A stretch of 64,000 nucleotides of DNA from positions 13,330,001 through 13,394,000 of the forward strand of contig CATNEN010000038.1 in the NCBI GenBank assembly GCA_950097015.1, given 5' to 3'. Positions 11,806-23,233 of the stretch are shown piece after piece (the first letter of the stretch is position 1; the number at the start of each line of letters is the position of its first letter). The notes under the pieces are model-generated. The model did not search any database. It saw only the letters and a program-made list of their open reading frames with translations, and was not told the DNA's origin. This DNA is from Macrostomum hystrix (lineage: Eukaryota > Animalia > Platyhelminthes). Position numbers and translations under genes: made by a program.

Positions 11806-13560
11806 TGCCTCGATTATTTTAGCTGGCCCTTGTTACAGTGTCCTTGGGATCCCTGACCTGCTTTGCTGTGGCAAGGCTGGCAATATGCAGGAAGGACCAG
11901 CCCTTCAAATATATGGATTAGAAAATATAGACTACTCGCAAATATAAATATATGATTTATGACTCGTAATTTACTACCAAGAAGCAGCAATCTATTAGTG
12001 TGTAGTACTAGTCAATAGCGAAGTGTTTGAATGAGTCAAGACATCGCTTCGATTTCGAACTGCTCAGATTCCATCTGCATGAGCTCTGTGGATCCGGGAC
12101 TTGACTTCTTGACTTCTGCAATTATTTTCTGTACACAGGGCTAGTCTATCGGCAGGATGCAGATTGCCTGATTTTCATTGTGCTGATATTCTTCCTGATT
12201 CAAGATCGGCAGCGTGAGCATTCCGGTCGTGGAGTCTACCAGCACTCATAGAAAAACTATCGAAATAGCGGTCCCTGCGTCTTGGCCCAGTTGCTTTCGA
12301 AGCCTGGGCGCTGCAGCGTGGCCTGCAGGAGTACAGCTCCAGGAATACCTCTTTATACCGTGCAGCGATACAGATATCGTCGAGGTAGGCGACGGTCTGC
12401 ATGCGCAAACCATCGCCGATTCCCGCCCTGAGAAACTCTTAGTCGGAGTCACATCCCAAAATTGTTTTTTATTCCTTGGCTGAGGCTGAGCTTGGCTAAG
12501 CAATCGGATCCGCGGAGCCCTCCACTTTGTGAACAGCATGGGCCAATCGGGCATGAGTCGACTGGGTCTGCCGCGAGAAGCGACAAGCTCGTAGCGTGGC
12601 TGGCCGCAGGCCAGCGTAGACTGAAAACTATTTCGTTTGCTAGTGGCATCCTCAAAAAGCGGCTCAAATTGGTGAAGCCGAAAAACGCCGCCGGTAGCTG
12701 TTTTGAGTTTTTGTCCCCCTTGCCCCAGTGCTGCGTTAAATATGACCTTGCCAGATGCGGTATGCAGAGTGCAAAGTCGCAGGAGCTTCGGAGCCAGCCT
12801 TTCTCACCGTCTAACAGATAGCAAATTACCTGCCTCGATTATTTTAGCTGGCCCTTGTTACAGTGTCCTTGGGATCTCTGACCTGCTTTGCTGTGGCCGA
12901 TTCTTCGGAGCCGTCTGCATGTACTTACTTATCAGATTCAGTTCTGATGCGGCCGAAGCCGCATTGATCGTACAATATGTTGAAATTAACATCCAGGCCG
13001 GCTGCGGTGATGGACTGGATTGGCTGCCGCTCGCCCAGGAGCCTCCTCTGCGTCGCCCGTGGGCCATCGTCTTCGTCGGAGCTGATCAATCTTCAGCCGC
13101 GCCTGCTTGATTCTCGGGTCGCTCAGCCAGTCTGGCAGCGATTGCTTCACCTGTCGGACCATCCTCTCTACAGCGGGGGCTTGCAAAACGAATAGCGCTC
13201 GGACCTCGGACCACTCACATGCGGTCGCAGGCGAAGGTCGACCTGCAGCAGGCGCGACGCCGCCTCGCCCACTGCCAACGTGTAAAGGCTCCATTCGGCC
13301 CTTTTCCTGCGGATAGAAACCTCTTGCAGCATACAAGTCCAGCTGTAGAACTGAGCCAGCTGGACAAGAATAGTGACGCGCCTTGAGGTACGTCAGTTCC
13401 GTGCGCCGAGCATGAGGCGGCCACCTGGTTCTTCTGGGCCCGATGATGTGCCAGCGGAACCAGATCAGGAAAACCAGAAAGACCTGATATGACTGGCGTC
13501 TGAGAGCTCCTAAGTACGAGCCGTATAAAAATGGGCGGCAAAATGGCTTGGTAGTCCTAC
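11806..13560 (-). mobile_element. Degenerate DIRS-like (tyrosine recombinase class) retrotransposon relic
   Basis: RT motifs VAYLDDICIAA and LQRPGFESNWAKT (compare DIRS LGF.IN.EKS) at ~12280-12410. GC-rich, gag-like broken ORFs upstream. ~70-bp direct repeat at 11806-11878 and 12829-12897. Confidence 0.55.
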
Positions 13561-13881
13561 TGTAATAAACGGGAATATAGCAGTACGTTTAAACGACTGT
13601 AAAAAAGTTCAACATAAGAAAAAATATTTTTGTTCCTTTTTTATTGATTTACTTTTTTCGGTTGCGGCAAAGGTTAATAAACTCTCTAAAGTTGACTGAA
13701 CATAAAGTACTGATGCGTGTCTTTTTCTACAGGGTAAAATCAAGAGCGACTTGCTTTTGGTAAAATTCAAATGTCTAATACTAATTTAAAAGTAATTAAA
13801 CTGTCGTGCGATTAGATTTGAAAACAGTGTATTTTTTAACGTAAATTTAACGTAACGTAATTTTTTATGTAAATTTTTTAG

Positions 13882-15063
13882 CTACCCAGCAAATTTTCCC
13901 CAGATAACGCCAGGGTTTCCTCTACCACCAGTCTGCGACAGAGGCGTATCTGTTACATAGCTTTCAACCGGCTGTCTTCCAGTGACGCAGCTTCGACAAA
14001 GCAGCGGAAACATAGATTGTACCGAAGCTCTAAATGATCGACTTCGGCGAAGCAGCACAAAGAAGGGGATGCACTGATTGACGAGGTTCACGACCATGCT
14101 AGAATAAAAAATGTTCGCCAGCAAAGTCAGTCCAAGTTGTCGGCTACATCTAGCCAATATAATGATAACTCAATTAGTATCCGTGATGCCATCAGCGGCA
14201 GGTTTAGGAACAGGTATATTATGGCGTTTATGAGAACGGTAGCTGTCCCAGAAATTTCACTGTTGGTAAGTTGGTGGCTGGTGTTTCCACTTGACTGCAA
14301 AGCTCGACGCTTGCGTACCGCGGAGATGACGCGCGATAGGAGAAAAAAAGGTCAGCCCGATCATCAGCAATATAAACGTACAGGGTGGATTAGACAGCGA
14401 TATCGTATAGGCGAGCATCAGCAGGTGAAACTCAGGTAAGTGGTAGCAATAACTGAGGATGGTTCCATCGTGCATGGTGACAAGTTGGTGCCCGACTAAA
14501 ACTCCGTTTGGTAGAGCTATCGTGGCAGTCAGCATAAAAGATGCTATCAAAGCGCGCGCTGCCCAGCGCAATCCAATTTTCTTCATTGCGAGAGGGCGGT
14601 GAACAACCATGACTCGGTCGATGACAAGCACGAGCAGCCATAGGCAAGACAGGACGTGACAGAAATTAAGTGCGTAGCGCGACACCTTACACATAGCATC
14701 GCTTAGATTGTAGCTGATAAACGCCTTTTTTCCTGAAGTGATCCATGGTAAACCCTTAGTCAGAAAGCCGTTGAAGATGCCTATGACGCATAGGCTAAGA
14801 AGGTCAGCGATCGCAATTGAACCAAGGTACAAATTCTGACGCGTTAGCGGTCGCTGGTGCTTGAGCATAACATGTGCCACGATTAAATTTACCACTGTTT
14901 CAATTACAATTACCATTTGAAGAATAATTGCAGACACAGAACCGATCACATGCAACAGAAGGCAGTAGAGGATTCTGGATGGATTCCCGCTCTGGCAGTC
15001 TCGCACCAGGTTCATTGCGTACTCCACGTACCCGATGCGAGCTTGTTTTTCTGTTATATTCAT
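13882..15063 (-). pseudogene. Intronless rhodopsin-like (class A) orphan GPCR with two frameshifts
   Basis: TM2 YLGSIAIADL, Cys at the top of TM3, the DR motif (IDRVMVVHRP), TM6 YLFLNLP and TM7 NQCIPFFVL..FR are present but split over three frames. Shifts at the A7 run 14343-14349 and near 14125-14150. Confidence 0.8.
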
Positions 15064-15929
15064 TTCGGTTTATGAACTGCCTTAATTGTGTTTAATACAT
15101 TTGAAGAGAAATTTCCGAAAAAAATCCCTTACAATTTTAATCAAATATATCTAATATATGCTCGTACGCAATGTCAGTTCCCTTTATTCCATTTGATAAG
15201 CCAATTGTCAATTAGAAGCTGCTTATTGGATGGCAAGCTAGAGATAGCTGAACTAAAAAGATACAAAACTATCAACCAACTATAGGCCTGGCTACAAAGT
15301 CAACCATTCTTGAGCAATTACGAGTAGGAAAGCCTATGAATGTGTTTTTTATGTACAATTAAAACATACGTACATGTACAAGTATAATATTACATTTACA
15401 AGCGTACTAACGAACCATGGACAACTAGAGTCACCCTTGAGACATTGACACATGCCTCCCTGCAGTGTGAAACAGTAATTGTTTCTATGAGCTCTTATTC
15501 GTCGACTATGAATCGTCGAAGAAGCTAAAAAACGATCTCCTGAATTTGCTTGCCAATCAAAAATTCTTTATACTCATCCAATTCGATTTCAGAAGGACTT
15601 GACATAAATTAAGGAACTAGCTTTGTTCCAGGAAACTAAAAATCAGAAGGAGAGAATGTTAAGAGCAACAAAACGATTTCCATCAGTGGAAATGTATACT
15701 GATTTAGCATCAAAAAGAAAGAAAGCAACGTAGAAAACAATGGGCAAGTTGCTAGGCCATAAGCATGAATACCGAATGACACGCACAAGCGATCGAGATA
15801 GAGCTGCGAGTGCAAGCAACAACTTCACTGGCAAGCATGCCAAACACACTTAAGTCATAATAAAACTCGTAAATTAGAACATAAGCACGGCTTGTTCTCG
15901 GCCGGAACTCTTTGTGGGCGGCTTACTAA

Positions 15930-16160
15930 TAATTAAATACAGATAATAATACTTATGATAATACTAACCATCGGAACGCGCTGGCAGTCGGCTGGGGAGT
16001 TGCAGGATACAGCAGGGGGTGAGTTCAGAGCGGTTGACGCGTTTGCTTCTTGCACCAAAGTTCCTGAGCTCAGCCGCAGCCGCGGAAAGAAGGCTTGGGG
16101 GCTTGTCGTGCAATCTTTGCCCTTGAGGGCCAACCTCCAAAGCACAGTGAGAGTTTACAC
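15930..16160 (-). mobile_element. 3' fragment of a non-LTR retrotransposon (restriction-like endonuclease type)
   Basis: CALEVGPQG resembles the RLE EVG.RG motif. The stop codon is followed by a degenerate (ATT)n tail. Confidence 0.35.
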
Positions 16161-17724
16161 TGCCTGACGATGAGAAAGTGTACAGTATCTGTGTGCGTGT
16201 GTGCTTAGGAATTATTTTTATCAGGAGCTCCTGCAATTATTACTATTATTTATTGCAGGATGCAGCTCATGATGCGCTGGCATCCAATTGACAGGTATTT
16301 ATTTTTGGATAGTAAGCACCTGTGGTGAAGCGCAGCATGCCTCAGTGCATGCTGATTTGCAAAACTTTTAATTCCTCAAGGTTGATTACAAGACAAGGTT
16401 TCAAGGATTTTCGAGAATACTTCGTGTTATTTTCTAGGCGAGCGCTCTGCGATCGGCGGTGAGCTTGTCGGTCTCAATTAGTCTGCTGGGCCTGCAGTGG
16501 AATTAAGGAATTCGACTGACACTATAGGAAACTTTCATAGTCGTGAACCCAAATTTACAGACAAAATTGTAAAAAGATTCCTGCCGCATGTTAATCTCTC
16601 AAGCGTGTTAGAACACACGGGCTGACTAGTTAAGCAGTAATCTTCTGTCGTAAGCCGTCAATAAAAGAGTTTGGTTTCACGGCAATACTTCGGAAACTTT
16701 TGTACGCTCGTAATAACCTTCTCTGATGCTGGTTCGCTCGTCGATTATCAAATATGGATTTTAATTCTAGCTTCTCTCCAGTCTCAACCACTTCAGCTGC
16801 AATCCTTTCCTTGCCTTTTTCTTTAAGATGACTTTTTAAAGCCTGCTGAATAGGTAATTGAAAGCTGTAAGATAAGAAACGAGACTTAAGGAATAATGTT
16901 ATCTGCTTCTGGGGCGCTTTAATCCCAAAAGATTTTCCTGTTTCAGAGTCTACCTGAAACCGCTACGTCGTTAATAATCCCTCAGAATTTATGTGCAGGA
17001 AGTCTACAATGCAAAATGTTTGTTTTTATGTGCTTCTCGAAACAATGACATCAACCGAAAAATCGATTCTGCAAAATACAGTAATATATAAGGTTTTCAT
17101 ATATCACTCCGCTACTTATTAACTATATGAAATTGCTTGCAGTCATGGGACTGATTTCATTAAGTAAAATTTGTGGTTAGTAGCAGATGATTGACCATCT
17201 GTTTAAAGTTTGCTCGAGATCTATAACTAAACTATACAAAACTAACTAAACTAAACTATACAAAGATTAACTAATAAATACGAGCTTAAGAGCTCCTGTT
17301 GGTAGATCTCAGAATTTACTGAATTCAGTTTGTGGCGCCGGATCGAAACTCACTGTAAAAATCTGGTGTTTGCGTTTCTTTAAAATATTATTCTTTATAT
17401 ACAAGCTAAAGCAAACAGAAAGATTAAGGTGTTTAAGATTTTATGTAATTTCTTAATCATCTTGTGAATCAGCATAACCAGGAGAAATCTAAGGCACTCT
17501 TGAGGATGCACTCTTGGGCCAGAAAGTGCTTATCGCTACAAAAAGTTACGATGTCTTTGATCGAATTAATGGTTCCATTGTAATGCTGCGTGGTTCTCTG
17601 TAATTATACGAGCTAAGTGGAAGTTCAGGTGTGTTTCTATTCAAAAATACGCGCTATTCAAATTCAAAATATTCAAAATATGAATTAAAAATACGTGAAG
17701 ACCGTCAATTTGGCCCTGTTCAAT

Positions 17725-20700
17725 TCACTTCCTCCTGACTGTCGTGTTAGGCCTCCAGGGCGCGCTGCTCCGGTTATTTTCTTGGTCCTCTGAGCTGTCC
17801 ATCGCATCCTTCTTGTCGCACCAGTCCTGGTAGCGCAGCCTTGCTGCCTCTCGCTTTTGATCCTCGGCCTCGAGCCTTTCAGTAGTTGCCAGCTGTTCGG
17901 ATTTCTCTCTTGCCAGCCGCTTCTGTCGCGCCTCCAGCTTTTTCTTAACTTCCCAGTCTTCGCGCTTGCTAGCACTCCGGGACCGCCGCTCTTCTTCATC
18001 GGCTTCTTTGGCCGCCTTTGTCTGTCTGTCCAGTACCCGTCGTCTCTGCCGCTGCTCAGCCTGCTCAGCATTCTTCTTGCCGAGCCACTTCTCTATGGCT
18101 GCTTGGTTGCTGGCCTGCTCTTTGCTTTGATTTTCAGCCTTGTTTGCTTCCATACTTTGCTTCTTACCCTGTAATTATTTTTAGGTGGAAAATGCTTCAT
18201 TCGTATTTAAGTGGAACATGTGTAGTCTCGGAATGTTTATTATATAATGCGCATATTTCTACTTGAAATACCTTATTCGCGCACGCCAATATTAATGAAT
18301 TACATTTGTATTATAATGTATGTTAGGTTAGTACGAGTAGTTAGTACATGCGCGCCCCAGCCAGGCCTACACACGCGACCGGTCGGTCACCCTGCTCTAC
18401 AGCCAAGGCATCGGACTAACCCCGGTCTGGTGGTTCCAGCCAATATGTGGGAGGACGGCTAGCCGTCCCTACTTAAGCGACCTTACTGATGCGACCCTAC
18501 TTAAGCGGACCGGGCCAATCAGCAGCCAGTTCGTTAACCGGCAGGGTCGACCTGGCAGTGGAACAAGCGGCGCGGCCGGCACCCAGGCTTTGATGGGGGC
18601 TGGGGCGGGCGTTTGACTGACTATTGCGTTGTCGTTTTCTTTTCGTCCTGTCCCGGTTCCTATCGTTTCGTTTCGTTCCAATCGTTCTTTTCCGCGTTGT
18701 TACGCATCCTAGTAATAGATACCGGGACAGGTAAACCGGTCCAACTAGCTAGTCGAAGAAAACCCCACACTCAATCCCACGTCAGTTAGTAGCTTGCGCT
18801 GAGCTCGGCACGTCTGGCCAACTGCTGACGGAGTGTTAGACAGGGATTGGCAAGCACGGAAGTACTCTCCATATCGCCGACAATCATCGGTGGGACGCCG
18901 TCGAATTGACATTAGGTGTGGCACGATAGAACTATCGTTGTGCCATAGTGCGGAAGTGCTTGCTGGTCGCCTCGGTTTTAGACTAGGGACTTTGGGTTAG
19001 GTTTCGTATTATTGGGCCTCGTTATTTGTCTTGTTTTGTTATAGGGACTATCTGGTTTTTGTCCAGGAGTTATTTTTGTTAATTGTCATGTTATTTTCGT
19101 GAGTTCTTGTTATTGTCCAGAGCATTTTCGAGTAGAGTTCGCGTCGTTGTTCGTGTGTTGAGGTTATCGAGATTTTAGGCCGTATGAATAAAGTGAGCAA
19201 TTGCTCAAAGTCTACGAGATTCTCAATTCAGAATGAATAAAGTTATCTGTTGTGATTGCACCAGTGCAGTAATAAACTTCTTCCATTGGCGGCCATTAGT
19301 CAGCTGATGAGCTCCATTAGTCAGCTGATGAGCTCATCAGTTGCCGTTCTGGTTGACGTTGCCAGGCTTCACTCTCCTGCAGCCTTCTATTCTTCAGCTT
19401 GAAGTATTTGAGCTGCTCCACTAGCACCAGCCGTTGTACTCGTAGCTCAGCGTTGCTCAACGATGCTGTCTCCTGACTTTCTCCTTTACGTCGAGTTGGT
19501 AGACTGATTTTCGGGGCCCGGACCGTTGACGTTGCTCCAATATGTGAATCCGCTGATGCTCCTGGGATTCCACTTGATGTTGATCGCGAACTAGGACTGC
19601 CCCGTTCCAGCTCCGGTACAGATGCAACTGGCAGTGCGCCGCACTCTATACTGCCAGGAACTCTGCAGAACACTGGATTCTCCTCGCACTTGAAAAATTT
19701 CAGCAGATCTTCTTCCCATTTTCGAAGGATGATTTTCTTGTTACCCGTCTTCTTAATATCCGACTTTGCCTTTAGTCTACTCTTAATATTGGCCAACTTC
19801 TTGTTAATTTTCTTTACGTCAACTGGTATGTCGTACGTTCAGCTCCAACTCCTCTTGAATACTTGCGATCGCTTTACTCTTTCTGTCCTTAACGATTGGA
19901 GCATTTGCTTTATCCAACAGGCAAGGGTGGCGCATTACGCAGCGAACGAAAATCTCATCGTCTTCGTCTTGAGTCGACATTTTTTAATACAACGTTGCAA
20001 ATCTTGCTTGCGAGGCGAGACTCGTTCGTTCCATTAAACAGCAAAGAAGAGGGAGCTTATTTTGATCACAATTTTGTCTATGGTACAAATTCGCTGAGCA
20101 ACTGCTCGGGTGGCTGGGAACTTGTTCGAAGTTTGAGATAAATCATTATTCATACGAAAAGTGAGCGGTTGCTCAAACTCAGAGCAATTGCTCAGCTCTG
20201 AGCACTTGCTCAAACTCAGAGTAGGAGCATTTACTCATGAGCAATTGCTCACTTTATTCATACGGCCTTTTGTTAAGTAAATTACCAATGCGAATTGTGA
20301 ATTGAATATTGAATTAAGTACAGTACCTGGCAGGGGACGGAAAGAGCGCTGCCAGGGGAATTAATCATTCATAGCTTTCTCTTATTAACTAATTAACACC
20401 TAAATATCAGCTGTTTAGCTTGGACTTTTGAATCGTCTTGTCTTCGTTATTTTCGAGTTACGGCAATACTATCTCTCGCAAAGAGTAGGACACCCGACCT
20501 CATTTAGGAATCTCAACGCAAAGAGAGACCTAAGTCAAAATATCACACATGTAACTGTAGGTTTAACTTACTGTAGCTGTAGCTGTAACTGTAGCGTTGT
20601 GTGGCTACTCTACAGAAAAGAGTAGTTGTTATGTTGCAGAACAAGGAACCAAGAACTCGCAAAGTGCTTAATTTTTTGTGTTTATTTTTACCCGTTAACG

Positions 20701-21876
20701 TCTCGTGCCCGAACGCTCACCTTCGCATGATCTCAGCAAATCGTCTGGGCCACTTTGTTTGTCTTCATGTATGGCTTCTCCGGCCCCCATTCCTCCTTTT
20801 ACGGGGTAGTTAAGCATTTCTCCAATACATATAGCAAGGAAATCAAGAACTAGAAGTTTCTAGACTTAGATCTCCTTGCCTATTGACAGCATTTTAGTAT
20901 TCCCGTAAACTCCTCCCGAAACAATTTTACTGTCCTCAGCACTACTCAGAATTATTTTTATGCACCATTCCGTCAGTCACTAAAACTCGTCTCTGTCTAG
21001 TGAGCCCATAACATCCGCAATTCAAAATTTTAAAATCAGAAGATAATTAATCGCTTTTAAAAAAATCGATATAAATAAATAATAACTATTCAAAGCAGCT
21101 AGTGAATGGGAAAGCTGACAACGAACATACCCATCCTGCCTTGCGCTTTACGGCGAGCCAACTCTGATAAGCCGCTCGGCCATCTTCGATTTTAAGTCGC
21201 TCAGCCTCGCTTCGCTTCGCCTCCTCTTCCTGCCGTCTGCGAGCCGCTTCCGCCCTGCTGACTGTCAGCTCTGAGGACTTCCTGGCGAGCCAGTCAGCCA
21301 GGGCTGCTTGCCTCAGAGCTGCCTGGTTTAGCCCACTTGCATCTTCAGTTGCTCCACGTCTGTCACATGAAGTGTAAGCTTGTCTTTCTGGCTGTGATGA
21401 CCGCTGCCAAGATTTCGTTCGACTTTTGTGTGCTGTTTCTAAAAATATTTTAGAAAGACCTCTGAACGATTTGCAATACTGAAGGGAGTCTGTACGCCAC
21501 AACAGCCCTCCTTATTTAGAAAGGAATTTTTGTACATGCCAAGAGCAAGCTAACGCCTATTTACTAATAGCCAATTTGCTTTCTGAATCATCTGACTTGA
21601 GCTTAGTGACTCACCGAATTCATCTCCAGAGAAATCTTCACAGGTCCACCCATCAGTGCTGCTATTTGGACTCAAATCGTCGCTGCGATGACACATGCAG
21701 TCGCATTGAACTCCGATGTAAGGACAGGTGTCGATGTCCCCTTGATGTAGCTTAACTTCAGCAAAGTCCAACTGACAACGCAAGTATTCTCGCCACAGCT
21801 GGCAGCTTTCGTACAGCTGATAGGTCGGTGCCAGCAAACTAAAGAGTTGGAAACTTGCACAGTTTCTACTATTCAT
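17725..21876 (-). CDS. Coiled-coil protein, CCDC34/CCDC181/MAP9-like; exons 21876-21615, 21438-21131, 18168-17725
   Basis: Phase-compatible GT-AG junctions. Periodic W-L-x-x-K helical repeats (DWLARK, SWLAVK, KWLGKK, DWCDKK) and a C-terminal PWRP. Confidence 0.7.
18321..20549 (+). mobile_element. Solo LTR-like insertion (TG...CA, 4-bp TSD TGTA) in an intron, interrupted by a Harbinger element
   Basis: TGTA|TGTTAGG at 18321 and CACACA|TGTA at 20549. GC-rich 5' half with a CCAAT motif and T-rich 3' half. Orientation is tentative. Confidence 0.55.
19177..20268 (-). mobile_element. Non-autonomous PIF/Harbinger element retaining only the Myb/SANT-like ORF (19980-19317, one frameshift)
   Basis: Perfect 31-bp TIRs AGGCCGTATGAATAAAGTGAGCAATTGCTCA and a 3-bp TSD (TTT). 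The ORF reads HPCLLDK...KKINKKLANIKSRLKAK...KTGN...KWEE, typical of Harbinger DNA-binding proteins. No DDE ORF. Confidence 0.8.
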
Positions 21877-23233
21877 TTAGCTTCAAATTAATGGCAAAAG
21901 TTCGCGGAAACTGAGATTTATGTTTTTGCTTACAATTTTTTCGTTTTTTTAATGTTGCTTGCTACTATTGACGACTGAGTCAGAGCTTTTTGAAGGCGAG
22001 CAGACCGACAGAAAAAATAAAAGGAGAAAGAGAGGGGAAAGTAAAGGGCATTTGTGTGCATTTGTATGATGTGCTTTTAGTTGCAGGTGTACAGCTAAGG
22101 TTTTCGTGCTTAGGCTGCTAGCTAGTTAATTGAGCTCGTATATATAACATTTTTCATTCTAGAAAAGTTTGCTTTGTTCTCGGCAATGAGCTCTGAATCC
22201 TACCATCATACACCAGAGCAGGCATTCTAGCTCGTCATTTAAGAGCCATAGGAAAACGAAACATTATACTAATCAGTCAGCTTTATTTAATTTTTTGTGC
22301 TTTTTAACGAAAAGTGGTTATTCGAAGAACGAATAAAGGCGAAGAAACTACATTTGGTGTAGCAGTATGCACTTTAGTGCCAACCTTGCGGCCTAATTTA
22401 CGGTCGGGAATAATAAGATTAGCTTAATTAAACTCAATTAAACTCAATCAAGTCAGGTTTAGCCACAGTGGTTTATTATTGGGATTCTATCGGGTTGCAC
22501 TTTAAATTTAAGCACTACAATTGTGCTCAGGTTATCGATATTCTTTTACTGAGATAAGTGGGCGAGCGAGACGCGGCGAGGTAAGGGGCGGGTGGTCAGG
22601 AAGGCTCAGCTCAAGAGCATGTTTATTGATAACAAAACAGTTCGACAGTGCATTGGATAAATCTCGTGCAATAACACTCAGGTGTACGTAGTGATATAGC
22701 AAATCAGAAGCCAGGGTCGTAAAGGTCAGTGCTAGGTTCTGCGAGTACTTTGCAGTCATACAATGAAATAGACTTGCGTAGAAATTTTTGAAAATACATA
22801 TGCAAAGTTAAAGTACAAATTAGAACTCATAATATTATATATAGACTAATATTTCGCATACAGTATTGTTATAATGAATAATATTGCAAAAATCGATAAC
22901 AATAAATATACGAATACGATTGAAACACAGTCAAATTTTTTCGAGCAACCATTTGTTTAAAATTAATGGGGCCTGAAGAAGGCAAGACGTCAGTACAATA
23001 TGGTAACGCATAGATTTTTTAGTGATTTAATGTGTCCTTAAAGCATGCTGCGTTTTTTTAGTCGGAAGCACGAGATCTCACCGTTTTTTGGCGGTGAGAT
23101 AATTGCGACCTTTCAAGAGACCACTATCAAAAAGCTGGAAGGGCTATTTTTCAAGCGCATAAGTTAAAACAGCAATAAATACTTTTGTCGTGAAATTAAT
23201 CAAGGCCAAGAGTAGGTCAGCGAGCCGGAGCAC

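Noticed and set aside
16629-16850. ~70-codon open frame on the minus strand as an extra exon of the coiled-coil gene
   Set aside because: No phase-compatible splice path and no recognisable homology.
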